A DNA stretch of 64,000 bases, from contig JANRJA010000187.1 in assembly GCA_033764315.1 (NCBI GenBank), forward strand, positions 1 to 64,000. Reading direction: 5' to 3'. The notes beneath the pieces were generated by a model. It was not told the DNA's origin. It worked only from the letters and a program-made list of their open reading frames with translations, and ran no database searches. Origin of the DNA: Oculatellaceae cyanobacterium bins.114 (lineage in GTDB: Bacteria > Cyanobacteriota > Cyanobacteriia > Elainellales > Elainellaceae). The stretch's first letter is position 1. Every line of letters starts with the position of its first letter. This document shows positions 59,851 through 64,000 of the stretch, in pieces. The position numbers and the translations under genes were made by a program.

Positions 59851-59965
59851 GAGATAGGTGAATGAATGGATAAGAGCCTATTCATTCCCTGAAAATTCAA
59901 AACTCAAAACTCAAAATTTAGAATTTTCTTACCCATCCACCCATCTCCTCATCCACTGCTTACCC

Positions 59966-60919
59966 CTACTCTCTACCCCTGACCCTTAGCGATTGTTCCC
60001 TGGCCTCTGACCAGACTCCACTTGCCAAGTCGTCCTTAAATCGCTGAAGTTTATCGTCTAATCGCGCCAACAACTCATCCGATCGCCTCTGCTCACTCAA
60101 GACAGGTTTTGACACTTTGGCAATGCGAGCTAATTGGGCGGCAACCGATTGATAGTCTGCTTGCCGGGTTTGGCGAATTGCCTGGAGTGGGGCTTGCATA
60201 GCCCATTTACTCCAATAGCCCAGAGACGATCGCACCCCTGGCCCACACCGATACAGATCTTGAGAAGGCATGACATAGCACGGTTGATACTCGATCCCAA
60301 CGGTTAAACACCAATCCTGCCACTTAAAGGGCAAGATCGCCGTGTTGGTGCACACCGGAATCCAAGGCACTCGCAAAGCATCCGCCGCGATCGCCCCATG
60401 CATTGCCTCCGCCAAAACCACCTCTGTCTGGCTAATTGCAGCAAGCACCTCCTCAGTTGATCCACGTGGATCGATAAATCCCATGCCTGCTTGCTCACAA
60501 ATCCGTTGCCAGTCAACCCCACCTCGCATGACGTTAGAAACATGGGGAATGTAAGCAAAGCGTTGTGTCTTGCGAGGGGAAGCAGGTTGATAGACACGTC
60601 GCAGCAGCAATGCTCCATCTGTGATGGCTAAGTCCGGATCTAGACCCAGTGCTTTAGCCGAAAGAGGGCCTCTCAAACAATACACTGTCCAAGAAGAATC
60701 AATGCTGGGTAATCCTTTGCCATAACCCACACCAGATCCAAAAACAATTGTTTTTCGGGCAGTTGGAACATACTCATTTAACAAAGTCCCAATACCCACA
60801 AATAAAACTGTTTTCTCATCATCAAAAACATTTGGCAATAATCGTTCCCACAACCAGGGATTGAGATCATCTCCAAAATTGTTGACCTTCTCGCGAAACT
60901 GAAAATAGTATAATTTCAT
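59966..60919 (-). CDS. polysaccharide pyruvyl transferase (ExoV-like)
   Basis: NFGDDLNPWLW, GIGTLLN, LRGPLSA, EAMHGAIAADALRVPW. Confidence 0.88.
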   Translation of the reverse strand: MKLYYFQFREKVNNFGDDLNPWLWERLLPNVFDDEKTVLFVGIGTLLNEYVPTARKTIVFGSGVGYGKGLPSIDSSWTVYCLRGPLSAKALGLDPDLAITDGALLLRRVYQPASPRKTQRFAYIPHVSNVMRGGVDWQRICEQAGMGFIDPRGSTEEVLAAISQTEVVLAEAMHGAIAADALRVPWIPVCTNTAILPFKWQDWCLTVGIEYQPCYVMPSQDLYRCGPGVRSSLGYWSKWAMQAPLQAIRQTRQADYQSVAAQLARIAKVSKPVLSEQRRSDELLARLDDKLQRFKDDLASGVWSEAREQSLRVRGRE

Positions 60920-60966
60920 GCATTTCTTGAGGTTATTTGCCAGGAAAACAGGTGGAGCTGTGTCAT

Positions 60967-62079
60967 TTATTGACCGCTTTTAACTAACACCTTTTTGGTA
61001 TCTTTTTTAACCACTTCAGCATCTAAATCATTCGCAGGAAATGCGTATGGCAAAAGCTCTTTTTGCCGGTGTTGTGAAATCAGTTGAGCTGTTTTGTGCC
61101 CTAGTTTTTGCAAGTGACGGCTTACTTTAAGTAACACAGAGGGTTGTTTTAAGACCGTAGGCTTTAGTTCAGGTTGTTTAAGAAATCGGTAGTGCAAAAA
61201 CTCTGATTTATACCGCATAGGCATATCCTCACCTTTTGTCAATCGAGCAAAATCTTTGTAGGAATAGCCCATGTAGTGAATTCGATGAATTGGTTTCAAC
61301 CCCTGCTTGTTGTAAAGAACATGATTGATATTGACAAACGGATCTGCATTAGCACAATTCCCCGTCCGCTCTTCACTATTAGGACTCAACGTAAAGTTGA
61401 ACAAAGGGCGATCGCTGCGTAAGGTCATATAGGTAAATAGAAATGCATCATCCCACCAGCGAGGCACCCAGGTAATCTCATTGTGGTCGATCAATCTTTG
61501 TCTGAGATAGTCTAGCTCTAAAGCGTCAAAAATCCCTTTTTTAGAGCCAAAGAAACTTGAGCAATGTAACTTGGGACGAATCTGAGCTTCAGTGTAAGAA
61601 CCGCTTTCTTCGATCAATGAAATATTGAGTGCTGCAACTTCTCTTGATTTTTTGTGTTCCCAATCATCAAATACAAAATCGTAGGTTTGAAGCCGCTTAA
61701 AAACATCATTGATTGGCTTCATTGCCAAACTATCAGCATCATAAAAAACAAACTTGTCAAACATTCCATCAAACGCCACTAATTTGCGGTGATGTCCTAA
61801 TCCCCAATGTTGGCGACTTGTAGCGTTTTGAGCGATCGGATGAGCAGCCCAGATCGCTTGAGCAAATTTCTCCCAACGAGCGATCGCTTTTGTATCTTCA
61901 AATAAAACAACATTCGCCCTAGAGCTAATTTCATGCTTGACCCGTTCAAGGCGATCGTCAAACGGAATAATACAAACAGGAATATCTAGACCAACATTCA
62001 TTTCAATGCTATTAAGCAGAGCAACCAATTGGTCATAAACCGCATCGTTCGCCAAGGTGTAGATACCATAGGAATGCAT
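60967..62079 (-). CDS. Npun_R2821/R2822-like putative glycosyltransferase
   Basis: GIYTLANDAVYDQLVALLNSIE, FVFYDADS (DxD), PIHRIHYMGY. Confidence 0.75.
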   Translation of the reverse strand: MHSYGIYTLANDAVYDQLVALLNSIEMNVGLDIPVCIIPFDDRLERVKHEISSRANVVLFEDTKAIARWEKFAQAIWAAHPIAQNATSRQHWGLGHHRKLVAFDGMFDKFVFYDADSLAMKPINDVFKRLQTYDFVFDDWEHKKSREVAALNISLIEESGSYTEAQIRPKLHCSSFFGSKKGIFDALELDYLRQRLIDHNEITWVPRWWDDAFLFTYMTLRSDRPLFNFTLSPNSEERTGNCANADPFVNINHVLYNKQGLKPIHRIHYMGYSYKDFARLTKGEDMPMRYKSEFLHYRFLKQPELKPTVLKQPSVLLKVSRHLQKLGHKTAQLISQHRQKELLPYAFPANDLDAEVVKKDTKKVLVKSGQ

Positions 62080-62727
62080 GAAAGAACCTCACGTTATTGT
62101 TTGCAAAACGAGTTGCAGGATTAATTAGAAGAACTTGATGCCCCTTTCAAAGCAGCGGTTTGATGTGTTGTCAACTGTGTTATTACAACAAGTCATTAGT
62201 AACAGTTTTATGGTCTTATAACTCCATCTTTTGAGTTTTGCAGGTCAAGCTAGAGTAATAGATGCAAACATCAGAAAAGTGTTCCTGAGGTTTAAGAATG
62301 GACTATGTTTTCGGAAATAGATGTATTGGGTTGAGCCATTCCTAAAGGGTGTCCAATAGCACTTCCACTCAAATTAATTCCTGTGTGTCCCAGCCCCTCA
62401 TTTCAGATTTTCCTTACCCCATCTCTACGCTTTAGACTTGTCAAAAAAAAGACCATAAACCACACATGAGGTAGCGAAAAATTAGATCATATGGCTTCGT
62501 CTCAGCAAATTTTTGTCTTTGCTAATTATTCTTGCTGGCTACATCCCGTTGGCAACTGAGAACAAGCCCTTTCAAAGGCACTCTAACCTCATCTCTTAAC
62601 CAATATTTAAGAATCAGGCTGTAGGCAACAAATGCAGATTCTACCGGAGTCAAACAAGGAGCTACAGCGTTTTCTAGAAGAATTTATCCCTGATGCGCTA
62701 GGGAGTCACTAAACCTGGTAGATTTAG

Positions 62728-63909
<1,182 letters not shown>

Positions 63910-63946
63910 CCCACAGACTGCATCTCGTCGTGTACCCTGAGCTAAG

Positions 63947-63968
63947 ACAAGGGGCTTAAGCCCCTTGT
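63947..63968. repeat. 22-bp perfect palindrome ACAAGGGGCTTAAGCCCCTTGT
   Basis: Read directly; lies just after sqdB. Confidence 0.8.
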
Positions 63969-64000
63969 TTCACCTAGCGTTTTGGTTCAAGCAGCCGTTA

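Overview
Window from a cyanobacterial chromosome, shown by the very frequent HIP1 octamer GCGATCGC plus photosystem I/II genes, nblS and sqdB; a filamentous, probably diazotrophic strain is an inference. Most of it is housekeeping: the kdpA-B-F/G-C-(RCK_C)-D potassium operon, psaI-psaL, rubA-ycf48-psbEFLJ, lspA, bioY, acnB, gmd-fcl, nblS, purD and sqdB. It also carries an arsenosugar-type AhpD/ArsS pair, an isolated NafY/NifX-like gene with an NtcA-type site, and many small repeats and MITEs. The best candidate for a new system is at 7645-10250. A small helical protein and the adjacent membrane-bound NACHT (NLR-like) NTPase share an ungapped 26-residue Q/G/N-rich N-terminal motif, and the small protein's copy contains a RHIM-type VQLG core. 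This is the layout expected of amyloid-based NLR-to-effector signalling, but here the motif precedes the putative effector domain. All assignments come from reading motifs by eye; no database searches were run.
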